From positions 288,001 to 352,000 of the forward strand of contig CAWAUM010000005.1 in the NCBI GenBank assembly GCA_963785235.1: 64,000 bases of DNA, given 5' to 3'. Shown piece after piece: positions 43,284 through 54,461 of this stretch. Below the pieces are notes generated by a model. The model was not told where the DNA came from and ran no database searches. It saw only the letters and a program-made list of their open reading frames with translations. Position numbers and translations under genes: made by a program. The number at the start of each line of letters is the position of its first letter. Within the stretch, counting starts at the first letter, position 1. The DNA is from an uncultured delta proteobacterium (lineage in GTDB: Bacteria > Desulfobacterota > Desulfomonilia > UBA1062).

Positions 43284-44295
43284 GTGAAAAAGAGGATTGT
43301 CATCGTTGTCTTCATCGTACTTCTTGTGGGCGTAAGCGCCATGGTTTACTTCGCACAGCAGAGGTCTAAAAATGGTGGAATGTATTACTCCGGCACCATC
43401 GAGGCAATCCAGTCCAACCTCGCCTTCCAGGCGTCGGGGCATGTGAAGATTATCCAGGCCGAAGAGGGCAGGGCCGTTAAAAAAGGACAGGTGCTTGCCG
43501 AACTTGATTCCGCCGAGTATCAGGCACGGTTCGACCAGGCAAAGGCAGGTCTGGATAAGGCAACTATGGCAAAAGAGCAGCTGGAACAGCTCCTGACAAT
43601 TTTTGCAAGCACGCTGCCGGACGATGTCAAGCGGGCCGAGGCCAATGTCTCCGCAGCTCGCAATACTATGCTCGATGCCCGAAAAAACAATGAAAGATTC
43701 CAGCAGCTCTTCAGGCAGGGAGTCATCTCTGAAAAGGAGCGGGATACGCGTGAAACTCGGCTTCGATAATGCCCTGGCAAAGGTCAACGAAAGTGACGCC
43801 GTTTATCAGCAATCAAAGAGCAACCTGAAAAAGATCGACACCACAAAGAAGGATATAGAATCAGCCCAAGCCCAGATCGATTTTGCCAAGGCCACCCTTG
43901 ACCAGGCCCGGATTCAGCTTGGATATACGAAGCTCATAGCCCCGTATGATGGCATCATAACGAGCAGAAATGTGGAACCCGGCGAGGTGGTGAGCCCGGG
44001 CAGGGAGGTCCTCACGCTGTCCGACCTCTCACGCGTGGATCTGAAGATATTTGTTGATGAAACTGAAATTGCCAAGGTAAGACCGGGCCAGAAGGTGGAG
44101 GTGAAGGTGGATACCTTCAAGGACAAGGTCTTTTCAGGCCTGGTATCCTACATATCCCCTGAGGCCGAGTTTACACCCAAGATCATCCAGACAAAGAAGG
44201 AGCGGGTGAAGCTCGTCTACCTGGTTAAGGTTTCTCTCCCGAACCCCGCATTCGAGCTGAAGACAGGGATGCCTGCGGATGCCTACCTCAAGTAA
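43284..44295 (+). CDS. HlyD-family membrane fusion protein (YbhG-like); frameshift near 43750
   Basis: SGTIEA, EPGEVV, AEFTPKIIQT, LKTGMPAD. Confidence 0.88.
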
Positions 44296-45043
44296 CGCTT
44301 TTATCAAGGTTGATATGGCCTCCATGCGCTTCGGGCAGACCGAGGCTGTCAGAGAGGTGAGCCTGGAGGTGGAAAAAGGGAGCATCTTCGGGCTCGTGGG
44401 CTCCGACGGGGCCGGCAAGTCAACACTGCTCAGGATGATCGCCACCATGATAAGGCCCACCTCAGGCAGTATCTTTGTGGGGGGCATCGACGTGGCGGGC
44501 CAGAGGTGGAAGGTGAAACCCCTTATCGGCTACATGCCACAACGCTTCGGGCTCTACCAGGATCTGACTGTTGAGGAGAACATGGATTTCTTCATGGACA
44601 TCTTCGGTGTGCGAGGCAAGGAACGAAAGCTGCGAAAGGAGAAATATCTGGGGTTTTCCAACCTGCTGCCTTATCTCGATCGTCTTGCCGGAAACCTCTC
44701 GGGCGGCATGAAACAGAAACTCGGACTTGCCTGCGTACTCGTGCACGAGCCGGAGGCCCTTATCCTCGATGAGCCCACCAACGGGGTGGACCCGGTGTCG
44801 CGCCAGGAATTCTGGGACATCCTGCTCCAGATGCGGGATCACGGTATGACCATCATGGTCTCCACCGCCTATCTGGATGAGGGAGAGAAGTGCGACCGGC
44901 TGGGCCTCATGCACAAGTCACACCTCCTGACCGTGGCCACGCCCACCGAGATCCGCTCTGAATACGAATCCCTGGAAGATGCCATGATTGCGCGCATCCA
45001 GGCAGTGGATAAGGAACTCATCCATGACACCTTCAAACGATGA
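44279..45043 (+). CDS. ABC transporter ATP-binding protein
   Basis: [27 protein letters not shown]. Confidence 0.93.
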   Translation: MPTSSNAFIKVDMASMRFGQTEAVREVSLEVEKGSIFGLVGSDGAGKSTLLRMIATMIRPTSGSIFVGGIDVAGQRWKVKPLIGYMPQRFGLYQDLTVEENMDFFMDIFGVRGKERKLRKEKYLGFSNLLPYLDRLAGNLSGGMKQKLGLACVLVHEPEALILDEPTNGVDPVSRQEFWDILLQMRDHGMTIMVSTAYLDEGEKCDRLGLMHKSHLLTVATPTEIRSEYESLEDAMIARIQAVDKELIHDTFKR

Positions 45044-45779
45044 TGTGATCTTTGTCAAAGACCTGGAAAAGCGCTTCGGCGACTTCGTTGCCGTGAACAA
45101 GATCACCTTCACCGTGAAAAAAGGGGAGATCTTCGGATTCCTGGGCAGCAACGGCAGCGGCAAATCCACTACCATACGCATGCTCTGCGGAATCATCACC
45201 CCCACCTCGGGACAGGGTTTTGTGGCAGGACACAACATCATGACCGAGACCGAAGAGGTAAAACATGCAATCGGCTACATGTCACAGAAATTCTCACTGT
45301 ACGAAGACCTCACGCCCTTTGAGAACATCCGGTTTTACCTCGGCCTTTACAGTGTTCCCACTGCCCAATGGAAAGAACGGATGGACTGGGTCCTTACCAT
45401 GGCACAGCTCCATGAGGTGAAGGACCGGCTGACAAAAGAGCTTCCCCAGGGGTGGAGGCAGCGGCTCGCGCTGGGTTGCGCCCTCCTTCACAAACCCGAT
45501 ATCCTGTTCCTCGATGAACCCACGTCCGGGGTGGACCCCATTACCCGCAGGCATTTCTGGGATTTCATCGGTGACATTGCAGGGCAGGGCATTACGGTAT
45601 TCGTCACCACGCATTACATGGATGAGGCGCTCAACTGCGGCCGTATCGTCATGATCAATCTCGGCAACATCGTAGCCCAGGGGAGCCCTGCACAGATCGT
45701 TTCGGAAATATGTCCGGACAAGCCGGATGCGGACCTCAACGATGCCTTCATCACGCTCATGTCAAGGGGGCAGCAATGA
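45024..45779 (+). CDS. ABC transporter ATP-binding protein
   Basis: [27 protein letters not shown]. Confidence 0.93.
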   Translation: MTPSNDDVIFVKDLEKRFGDFVAVNKITFTVKKGEIFGFLGSNGSGKSTTIRMLCGIITPTSGQGFVAGHNIMTETEEVKHAIGYMSQKFSLYEDLTPFENIRFYLGLYSVPTAQWKERMDWVLTMAQLHEVKDRLTKELPQGWRQRLALGCALLHKPDILFLDEPTSGVDPITRRHFWDFIGDIAGQGITVFVTTHYMDEALNCGRIVMINLGNIVAQGSPAQIVSEICPDKPDADLNDAFITLMSRGQQ

Positions 45780-46910
45780 ACCCGCGCAAGATCAATGCAG
45801 TCATGCGCAAAGAGTTCGTCCATCTCATCAGGGACCCCCGCAGTCTTATCCTTGCCTTCATCATCCCCTTGAGCCTGATCCTGCTGTTCGGCTATGCCCT
45901 GAGCCTGGACGTGGACAACGTGGAAACCGTTGTGGTGGATTATGACCGCACCGACATGAGCCGCGACCTCATAGAACACTTTGACGCCTCGGTATATTTC
46001 CGGGTAAAGGCCTATGCCCGCGATGTAAAAGAAGTTACCGAATATCTCGATCATGGCTCTACTGCGCTCGGCATCGTCATACCGCCGGGCTATGCCCGCA
46101 AGATAAAATCTGATCAGGGCTCGCCCATCCAGGTCCTCATGGACGGCAGTGACCCGAACTTTTCCAACATGGCCCGGGGCTATGTCAATGCCTTTGTTGC
46201 CGGGTACAACCAGAAGCTCCTGCTGAGCTTCCTGAACAGGAACAGCCTGGAAAGGATGAACCCGCCGGTGGAAGGCCGCGTCAGGGTGTGGTTCAACGAG
46301 GACCTGGAGAGTAAAAAATTCATTATCCCGGGTCTCATCGCGGTCATCATCATGATTGCCGGGGCCATGCTCACCTCGCTGGTCATTGCGCGCGAGTATG
46401 AGAACGGGACCATGGAGACCATCAAATCACTGCCGCTTTCCGCGCTGGAACTGCTCGTGGGCAAGTCCATCCCCTACTTCTTCATAGCGCTGACAAATGT
46501 ATTCATATCCGTGCTGTTAGGCCAGGTGCTCTTTGGCGTGGTCATGAAGGCGGGTTTCTGGCTCATGATCTTTGGTTCATCTCTGTATATCTTCGTGGCC
46601 CTTACCCTGGGGCTTCTCATATCCACCGTTACAAAGTCACAGCTCATGGCAAACCAGGGGGCAATACTGCTCACCTATCTGCCGTCCCTCATGCTGTCGA
46701 ACTTCGTGTTCCCGATCACGAACATGCCCGCAGTGCTCCAGGCCTTCAGTTATATCGTGCCTGCCACCTATTATATCGATATCTTGAGCGGCATCTATCT
46801 GAAGAACCTTGGAGTTCACCCAGCTCTGGGGGGATTTTGCCGTGCTTTCGCTCATGTTCATCGTTCTGGCGGCATTGAATGTGAGGCTGCTCAAAAAGGA
46901 GGGTCTATGA
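45776..46910 (+). CDS. ABC-2 permease (YbhS-like); frameshift near 46815
   Basis: KEFVHLIRDPR, AREYENGTME; last TM helix ends at TGA 46910 in another frame. Confidence 0.85.
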
Positions 46911-48028
46911 GCTGGATGAGGATCAGGGAGCTGGTGCGCAAGGAGTTCATCATCCTGTTCCGGGATGAAAAGAACAGGCGTGTACTCATCATTGCGCCCA
47001 TAATCCAGATCCTCATATTCGGCTATGTGGTGAATTACGACATCAAGGACATCAGGGTGGCCGTGATGGACCAGGCACACACGAGCGAGAGCAGAAGTCT
47101 CATCAAAACCGTCGCCGGCAACAAGACCTTCAACATCACCAGTTACCCCGAAGACCCCAGGGGCCTCGAACAGCTGCTCCTTAAGGGCAAGGTGGACATC
47201 GGCATCAAGATCGCGCCCGACATGACGAGCCGTATCAGAAAGGGCAAGACCGCAGACATCCAGATCTTAGCGGACGGCAGCATGAGCAATATGGCATCTG
47301 TCAGGATCGCCTATACCCTTATGGTGCTGGACACCTATAACCAGAACATGATCAAGGAGCTCAAGGGGCAAAGCCTGGATTACGGCCATATCGATGCCCG
47401 CATCAGGGCCTGGTATAACCCCAACATGGACAGCAAGAACTTCTTTGTCCCGGCCATCGTTGCCTTTGTGGTCATGCTCCTTTCATTGCTGCTCACCTCC
47501 ATTGCCGTGATCAGGGAAAAGGAGACAGGCACCCTGGAACAGCTCATTGTCACCCCCTTGAAACCCATAGAGATGATCATGGGAAAGACGATTCCCTATG
47601 TAGTCATATCCCTTGTCCAGATGATCGTGGTCACCATCCTGGCCAAATTCTGGTTCGATGTACCCATAGTCGGAAGCTTGCCGCTGCTGTTTTTTGCAAC
47701 CTGCCTTTTCCTGTTGAGCACCCTCGGGGTAGGGCTGTTCATATCAACCGTGTCATCCACCCAGCAGCAGGCCATGATGACAACCTTTTTCTTTATCCTG
47801 CCGTTTTTCATGCTTTCGGGATTTGTCTTCCCCATCGCCAATATGCCCGTGGTGGTGCAGTGGCTGTCTTATCTGAACCCGTTGAGGTTCTTTCTGGTAA
47901 TCCTCAGGGGAATATTCCTCAAGGGTGTGGGATTTCACGTGCTGTGGCCGCAGTTCCTGGCGCTTACAATTCTGGGAATTGTCCTGTTTGCCGGGGCCAT
48001 AAGCAGAATCCAGAAGAGGCTGGATTAG
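46907..48028 (+). CDS. ABC-2 permease (YbhR-like)
   Basis: GGAGG RBS and ATGA overlap; REKETGTLEQLIVTP. Confidence 0.9.
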   Translation: MSWMRIRELVRKEFIILFRDEKNRRVLIIAPIIQILIFGYVVNYDIKDIRVAVMDQAHTSESRSLIKTVAGNKTFNITSYPEDPRGLEQLLLKGKVDIGIKIAPDMTSRIRKGKTADIQILADGSMSNMASVRIAYTLMVLDTYNQNMIKELKGQSLDYGHIDARIRAWYNPNMDSKNFFVPAIVAFVVMLLSLLLTSIAVIREKETGTLEQLIVTPLKPIEMIMGKTIPYVVISLVQMIVVTILAKFWFDVPIVGSLPLLFFATCLFLLSTLGVGLFISTVSSTQQQAMMTTFFFILPFFMLSGFVFPIANMPVVVQWLSYLNPLRFFLVILRGIFLKGVGFHVLWPQFLALTILGIVLFAGAISRIQKRLD

Positions 48029-48168
48029 TACTAAATTTTTACAAAATGCCTTATCTGAGAGTTATTGCACGGAGCCGGACATAAGTCGGTTATCAGAATG
48101 ATTCTTAAAGAGGGGAATGACAGAAGACAGAAATGGGGTTACCCTGGAAAACAACAGGAGAGTTCCAG

Positions 48169-48834
48169 ATGAATATCACCCTACTGAAATTGATTTATCG
48201 ACCAGTGACAAGTCAGGCGGCCCGCACAGGTCTGATAGGCCGCAATCGAGATCGCCACAACCCTGACAAGGGCCGGTTCACCCGTGCAGAAGTGGATGAT
48301 ATCCTAAAGCAGGTTTGGCTGACTTACGACCATCTAGCACCTCTTGTTCCGCAAGAGACTACACTTGGCAATCGAATGGTTATGTTGCTCTCTTGTGTGA
48401 CACTCGCTTGTTTCCGGGTTTTACTGGTGGCCGGCACTGAAAGGCACTATGCAATAGAACTCATTGGAGACGTGGCCTGGAAAGTATACGCAAAATTCGG
48501 GCGTCTCCCGGTGTTCGTTGCAGGGTTATTGACTCGCGATCCTCGTGAACGACTTCGGATGTCAGTAAATACGTTCTCGCGTTTTCCTTTCACGCCGCCA
48601 GGCTATGTTGAAAAGCGTCTACCGAGTAGTGATGGAATATCAATGGATATGCTAAGGTGTCCTGTTGCAGAGTATTTCCGCAAGCAAGATGCGTCAGACC
48701 TATGCATAGGAACATGGTGTAACCTGGATTATGCCCTTGCCGAAATGTGGGGTGGTTGGCTTGAGCGAACCGAAACTCTAGCAGCAGGATATGCACGTTG
48801 CAATTTTCGCTTCAAGGCGAAGGTAGGGGAATAG
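48169..48834 (+). CDS. L-2-amino-thiazoline-4-carboxylic acid hydrolase-family protein
   Basis: RCPVAEYF..C..WCNLD..LERTETLAAG..RCNFRF pattern. Confidence 0.75.
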   Translation: MNITLLKLIYRPVTSQAARTGLIGRNRDRHNPDKGRFTRAEVDDILKQVWLTYDHLAPLVPQETTLGNRMVMLLSCVTLACFRVLLVAGTERHYAIELIGDVAWKVYAKFGRLPVFVAGLLTRDPRERLRMSVNTFSRFPFTPPGYVEKRLPSSDGISMDMLRCPVAEYFRKQDASDLCIGTWCNLDYALAEMWGGWLERTETLAAGYARCNFRFKAKVGE

Positions 48835-49142
48835 AGACGATGTTTACAAGAGCCGAACAAGTCTCTCAAACGGAACATGTTTTTCATTGTGCCCAGACGG
48901 CTCATAATGATTACAAGATGACTTTATCCATCTGACCGCAATTGCTTATTTTTTTTAATATTTATTTTCAATAAATTGTTTTTTGATAACTTGCACGTAT
49001 TACCTAAGAGATAGCAGCATGGATCCGACACAGTAGTGCTACAAGTATTGCACCACTATCCATATGACGTTGTTCATAGAGAATAAGACAACATTGATCC
49101 GGCGCAAAATCATGGCTCTGGTCGCTCAATTCTATTTCGAAT

Positions 49143-49706
49143 CTATTTCGAAGATCGTGTGTCCAAGGCCGTAGACACCTCCAAGGCATCCACTAACCTG
49201 GTATATTTTTCGTGGATCATGTTTCTGTCGAATTCATTAAATTCGCTCAACATTGCCTCCTGTTCATCTTTTGAAAAGTAGTCCAGTACGGGGAAGAAAA
49301 AGTGTTTATCCTCCTTCTCAATGTGCCTGGGGTAAAACTCACAAAGTTCTTTGAGACACGCAATGACATCCTGCACTGCAGCCTTGTTTCCCTTCAGAAA
49401 CATTTCCTTGGCTTCAATTAATTTTCCAACTACTTTTCGGGCATGTTTGTGCTCTTCCACCAGTTCATCCATAATCTTTGCATGCACGGCAGTGAGCTGC
49501 TTTTTGGCAAGATCCCGGAAAAGTATGTCCTCTTCTTTGCCATGGTGTGTCCGGTCTGCATATATCCGGATGAAGTCAATGGCATTATCGATAAAGACCG
49601 GATCAATGGAATTTTCTTTACGGATTTTTGTAATCTGCTCATCAAAAAGGAGGAGCAGGCGCTCAATGAGCCTGTGTTCCCACATCAAAGGGCCGATTGG
49701 TTTCAT
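49143..49706 (-). CDS. Hemerythrin (HHE) domain protein
   Basis: EHRLIER, HHGKEE, EHKHAR, HIEKED. Confidence 0.9.
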   Translation of the reverse strand: MKPIGPLMWEHRLIERLLLLFDEQITKIRKENSIDPVFIDNAIDFIRIYADRTHHGKEEDILFRDLAKKQLTAVHAKIMDELVEEHKHARKVVGKLIEAKEMFLKGNKAAVQDVIACLKELCEFYPRHIEKEDKHFFFPVLDYFSKDEQEAMLSEFNEFDRNMIHEKYTRLVDALEVSTALDTRSSK

Positions 49707-49846
49707 GTCATCATTTCCCTCGTGCTGCTGTTTGAAGATATAAAACAGCACCAGCATGGTCAGATTAACCTGATAACTTAAGCGGCATCCGGAGGTCCGG
49801 TCAGAATGAAATCTGATCCGATCCTTCCGCATGCCCTTTTGTCAAG

Positions 49847-50296
49847 CTATTCCCTCACTACCATAACAGGGGATTTTGCAGCGCGGACCACCTTATCGGT
49901 AACACTACCGATGAGGTGTTTCATAATCCCTTTTTTCCCATGGGTCCCAATAATGATAAGGTCGGTCCCTGTTCTCAGTTGCTCCGACAATATCACTTCT
50001 GCCGGCGTTCCTGTCTTGAGGTCATAATCGATCTCAACATGCCTCGATCCTTTCAAGGCCGTGGCTTCATCCACAAGTCTCTGTGTGGATCTTCTGGTAG
50101 TTTCTTCTTCAAGTTTGCCCACGTCTTCATCTTTGAGGCAATAATCCGCTGCACACTGTTGTACTTTCTCATCAATAACATGTAGGAGAATTACCTTCGC
50201 ATTATATTTTTCAGCCATATCAACAGCCTTTTCCAATGCCCTGTCAGATGATTCTGAAAAGTCTGTAGGTACAAGTATTGTTTTGGGAGTAAACAT
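49847..50296 (-). CDS. Universal stress protein
   Basis: ILVPTDFS, IGTHGKKG, GSVTDKVVR. Confidence 0.94.
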   Translation of the reverse strand: MFTPKTILVPTDFSESSDRALEKAVDMAEKYNAKVILLHVIDEKVQQCAADYCLKDEDVGKLEEETTRRSTQRLVDEATALKGSRHVEIDYDLKTGTPAEVILSEQLRTGTDLIIIGTHGKKGIMKHLIGSVTDKVVRAAKSPVMVVRE

Positions 50297-50581
50297 AACC
50301 TTTCTCCTTTTTATCTGAGGATTTTTTTAATATCCTCGCATGTAAGGGCCATTAATCTGTCTCCAACCGTTCCTTTCACTTAAATATCTTAGCAATTTAG
50401 AGATGTTCTTAAACTGATATTCGGTTCATCAAATATGCCGGTCCAGTTGTGAAACTTTATATTAATAACAGAATTCTTTAAGGCAAGAGTCAGGAAAAAC
50501 TTCCTTGCAATCTGAATGCGCAAGGTTATTATGACCTATTAGATTATTTAAAGAGATAGTAATTCATTTAAGGGGTGTACC

Positions 50582-51148
50582 ATGGAATTCAGAGAGCTGT
50601 TGAAAAAGAGGCGGGCAATAAGGGAATTTGAGGATAGGCAGGTCGCAGTCCATCTCATCACAGAGATCATCCATGACAGCATACTGGCCCCCAATGCCAG
50701 TAATGCTCAGCCCTGGGCCTTTATCGTGATTAACAACAAGGGCATGATGAAAAGGATCTCGGATGAAAGCAAGAAGAACATACTCAAGGAACTGGAAGTC
50801 AACCCGCTGCCAAACCTGGTGGGCTATAAGCCCATACTGGAGAATCCTGAGTTTAACGTATTCTACAATGCCCCTTGTGTCATCTATATCATCGGTTTGA
50901 ATGACAAGCGCACTGCAACGGTTGATTGCGCACTGGCAGCCGCTTATTTCATGCTTTCAGCTGCGGATCGCGGTCTAGGAACATGCTGGATAGACCTGGG
51001 TTCTGCAATAAAAGACCCTGTCTTGAAAAAGGATATTGGCCTGAGCGAAGAATACAGAATCGTTGCCACCCTGGCACTGGGCTACCCGGTTAGGATACCC
51101 GGCACGACGCCGAGGAACGAGCCGAACATACTCAAGGTTGTGGAATAG
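50582..51148 (+). CDS. Nitroreductase family protein
   Basis: RRAIREF, APNASNAQPW, GLGTCWI. Confidence 0.93.
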   Translation: MEFRELLKKRRAIREFEDRQVAVHLITEIIHDSILAPNASNAQPWAFIVINNKGMMKRISDESKKNILKELEVNPLPNLVGYKPILENPEFNVFYNAPCVIYIIGLNDKRTATVDCALAAAYFMLSAADRGLGTCWIDLGSAIKDPVLKKDIGLSEEYRIVATLALGYPVRIPGTTPRNEPNILKVVE

Positions 51149-51170
51149 GCATCGTAACCCGGATTTCTTT

Positions 51171-51279
51171 AAATAGGTCCGTTAAAAACCTGCATCTCGC
51201 AGCCTTGAAGGTCCGTTGAGATGAGCATTCTTCAGCGGCTGCGAGATGCAGGTTTTTAACGGATCAAGTTTTTACGCAT
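51171..51279. repeat. Dispersed long palindromic element, copy 2
   Basis: Perfect 27-bp inverted repeat 51178-51204 / 51237-51263 around a 32-nt centre. Confidence 0.85.
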
Positions 51280-51306
51280 CTAAAGCACAAAATTTGGATT
51301 TAATAT

Positions 51307-52284
51307 TTATTGTTTGCCTCTCCCGAATTCCTTCAGCAAACGGGTGCGGTCTTCGATGGAGAGGAGGCAGTTGTCCGTGCATTCATCGTCACACCTTCCG
51401 TCGCACGGTTCCACATGGATGGTTACATTCGAATAAGGGAACCGGTCATATATCATGCGGGTAATATCATCCGTGATGCTGTGCGACTTTTCAACGCTCA
51501 TCAGTGGGTCTACAAGCATGTGAAATTCAATGAAACGGATGTGTCCCGCCTTCCTGGTTTTCAGTTTATGATATCCGTGCACATCGGGGTGCATGCTCGT
51601 AATAAGTTCCCTGATCAAAGTCCTCTCAGCCGCTGGTAAGGTGTGGTCCAGAAGGTCTTTTGCAGACTGCATGGTAAGTTCCCATGCTGCATGGATAATG
51701 AGCAGGGCCACAGCGATAGCGGCAATGGGGTCGATCCAGTTCAGTGAAACCCCGGGCATGATACGTCCGCCGATCCATATAAGGAAAAGGCCGGCCATGA
51801 CACCCGCAGATGTGTAGACATCGGTTCTCAAATGCCATGCATCAGCCTTTAACGCCACGGAATCTGTTTTGTTTCCGATTGCAAAAAGCCTCTCCGAGAC
51901 TAATATATTTATAATACAGGATATAAGCATGACTCCGACACCCCATGAGGCTGCTTCGAGGGGTTGCGGGTTCATGAGTCTTTTTATGGCTTCATAGATG
52001 ATCCAACCTGCAGCTAAAAAGATCAGAAGCGCCTCTATCGCCCCTGAGATATTCTCTATCTTTCCATGACCAAAGGGATGTTCCCTGTCAGCAGGTTTAC
52101 CTGAATTCGACACGGATATATAGGCTATTACTGAAGCGATCAGGTCAACACCCGAGTGGATTGCCTCTGATATGATGGATACGGCCCCTATCATTATTCC
52201 CACAATGACCTTCATGATGATCAGCGAAGTATTAGAAAGTATTGATAATCGGGCAACAGTTATCTTTTCTGTTATATTTTCCAT
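51307..52284 (-). CDS. Cation diffusion facilitator transporter (FieF-like)
   Basis: EAIHSGVD, HPFGHGKIE, ADAWHLRTD, IHVEP. Confidence 0.94.
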   Translation of the reverse strand: MENITEKITVARLSILSNTSLIIMKVIVGIMIGAVSIISEAIHSGVDLIASVIAYISVSNSGKPADREHPFGHGKIENISGAIEALLIFLAAGWIIYEAIKRLMNPQPLEAASWGVGVMLISCIINILVSERLFAIGNKTDSVALKADAWHLRTDVYTSAGVMAGLFLIWIGGRIMPGVSLNWIDPIAAIAVALLIIHAAWELTMQSAKDLLDHTLPAAERTLIRELITSMHPDVHGYHKLKTRKAGHIRFIEFHMLVDPLMSVEKSHSITDDITRMIYDRFPYSNVTIHVEPCDGRCDDECTDNCLLSIEDRTRLLKEFGRGKQ

Positions 52285-52447
52285 CAGGCCGTCCTGAAAG
52301 GGTATAGTCGATTAAGGGTTTTTATATACCAGATATAAGTTGGCAGTGACTAGTGACTTATCAGGTATTACATTTATTACCCTTGAATATTCTCCCTGCA
52401 TTTAGTACGCATTGTGCGAATGAAGTTTTTTATATGAGGAGAAAATC

Positions 52448-53783
52448 ATGAAAAGCTCAAGAACGACTATCCAGGTTCTGCTTCTGTGCATACTCGTCGG
52501 CTCGATCATTGGGGCCGGATTTTATTATCTCGAATGGGAGAAGCCTAAGATCAGCCTGGATAAATCATTTACAACTATTGGAAAGTTTAAGGATATCACC
52601 ATCACCATGCAGGATAATCGAAGCGGCATCAGAAATTTCAAGGTGACCATTGTCCAAAATAAGCATGAGTTTGAAGTGGCATCCGAACAGATACCTGTTA
52701 AAGGTACTTTTGAAAAGACCGTGGCAGTGAAGATCGTTCCCAAGGATCTCAGGATAAAAGACGGAGAGGCGGTCTTCATCGTGCGGGCCGTTGACTTTTC
52801 ACCTTTGCGCAATACCACGGAACAACAGACCAAGATTACCATTGATTCCATACCGCCTCGGATTACGCTTCTGTCAAGTGCACACAATATCAATCCCGGC
52901 GGTACCTGCCTGAGCCTCTATCGCGTTACTAAGGCAGTGCAGACAAGCGGTGTCAAGTGCGGCGATAAATTTTTTCCCGGCTACCTCGTTCAGGGGCAGG
53001 GTAAACCGTATTATGTGTGCTATTTTGCCATACCCCGCGATGTGAGCAGAACTACGACCATGGCTGTCACGGCTCAGGACAAGGGCGGCAATCAGGCCAT
53101 TGCGGGTATTCCCTTCTACATCCGCAGCGTAAGGCCTTTCAGAAGTGACACGGTTACAGTCAGTGATGCCTTTATTCAGCAGAAGGCTGTAGAATTTCAG
53201 GAACAGGATTCAAGCCTTGCAGGGAAATCCCCTGAAGAAGTCTTTGCTTATGTCAATACCAGTATTCGTGCGGAAAATGACAAGAAGACTCAGGCGATAT
53301 GCGCGAAAACCAGCGCCAAGCAGTTCTGGCAGGGCACATTCCTGCGATCTGAAAAATTCCGCCCCCAAGGCGCTTTTCGGTGATGAGCGAACGTATGTTT
53401 ACCAGGGAAGGCCCCTCGGAAACAGCATCCATCTCGGTGTGGACCTCGCATCCACATCCCAGGCTCCTATAGAGGCTGCTAATAACGGGGTTGTCCTGTT
53501 TGCCGACGTCATGGGCATCTACGGGAATTCAGTGATCATCGACCATGGCCAGGGGATCTCCACCGAATACGGCCACATGAGCTCCATTGCGGTAAAGGAA
53601 GGCCAGCAGGTCACCAAGGGGCAGATCATCGGCAATACAGGGCTGACCGGCTTTGCAGGTGGCGACCATCTGCATTTCAGCCTGCTCGTGGGCGGTGTCT
53701 TTGTCGATCCGAAGGAGTGGTGGGACCCGCACTGGATAAAAGACAATGTGGAGAAGAAATTCGAACTCGCAAAGAATTTATGA
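52448..53783 (+). CDS. M23 family metallopeptidase; frameshift near 53345
   Basis: HLGVD, YGH and DHLHF in the C-terminal frame; N-terminal TM anchor. Confidence 0.88.
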
Positions 53784-53900
53784 TCCGGCGGCCGCAAGTG
53801 ATCTGCGATTCTCAGAGAAGCTGCCTCACCAAAACGAGGGCGGCGTGACTTGCCAATATATGGTAGTACATTATGTAAAGGAATGCTCGGAGGAAATTTA

Positions 53901-54365
53901 ATGGATAACCTTAAAAGAGGAGACAAGGCCCCGGATTTTGCGCTCTTTGACCAGAACGGAAACATCATGAAGCTCGCCGATTTCAAAGATAAAAAAAAGA
54001 TCTTGCTCTATTTCTATCCCAAGGCGCTCACAGCAGGATGCACCTCCCAGGCTCGGGAGGTCAGCGCAGCAAGGAAATCGTTGGCTGATCTGGGTGTAGA
54101 GGCTATCGGTATAAGCACGGATAAGCCTGAGGTTCTCAAAAAGTTTGATAACAACCTCGAGCTTAACTTTCCGCTCCTGTCCGACGCGGATCACAGTGTG
54201 GCAGAGGCCTATGGTGTCTGGGGCGAGAAGAGCATTTATGGCAAGAATCTCCATGGTATAATCCGTTCCTCATTTCTGATTGATGAAAACGGACAGATCA
54301 TTCAGGCCTGGTACAAGGTGAGCCCAAAAGATACCGTGCCTAAGGCGCTGCAGGAGCTAAAATAA
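53901..54365 (+). CDS. bcp: Peroxiredoxin (BCP/PrxQ)
   Basis: YFYPKALTAGCT, FPLLSD, IRSSFLID; GGAGG RBS. Confidence 0.92.
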   Translation: MDNLKRGDKAPDFALFDQNGNIMKLADFKDKKKILLYFYPKALTAGCTSQAREVSAARKSLADLGVEAIGISTDKPEVLKKFDNNLELNFPLLSDADHSVAEAYGVWGEKSIYGKNLHGIIRSSFLIDENGQIIQAWYKVSPKDTVPKALQELK

Positions 54366-54461
54366 ACCTTGTCTTTTACTTGAGAAATATTATTGAAGCC
54401 TGCTGGGATGCAGTGAAACGCTAAAGTCAGATTTTACAGTAATGACACGGAGAGACAACAG

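Noticed and set aside
45710-48028. 772-aa double permease ORF
   Set aside because: Artefact of a frameshift near 46815; the second permease has its own RBS and an ATGA overlap.
51171-51279. Palindromic element read as an attC site or CRISPR unit
   Set aside because: Core orientation is GTT...AAC (the reverse of attC), and the arms are inverted and dispersed rather than tandem direct repeats; no cas or integrase genes in the window.
53901-54365. BCP with a single Cys, possible selenoprotein
   Set aside because: The active-site codon is TGC, not TGA, and 1-Cys BCPs are common.
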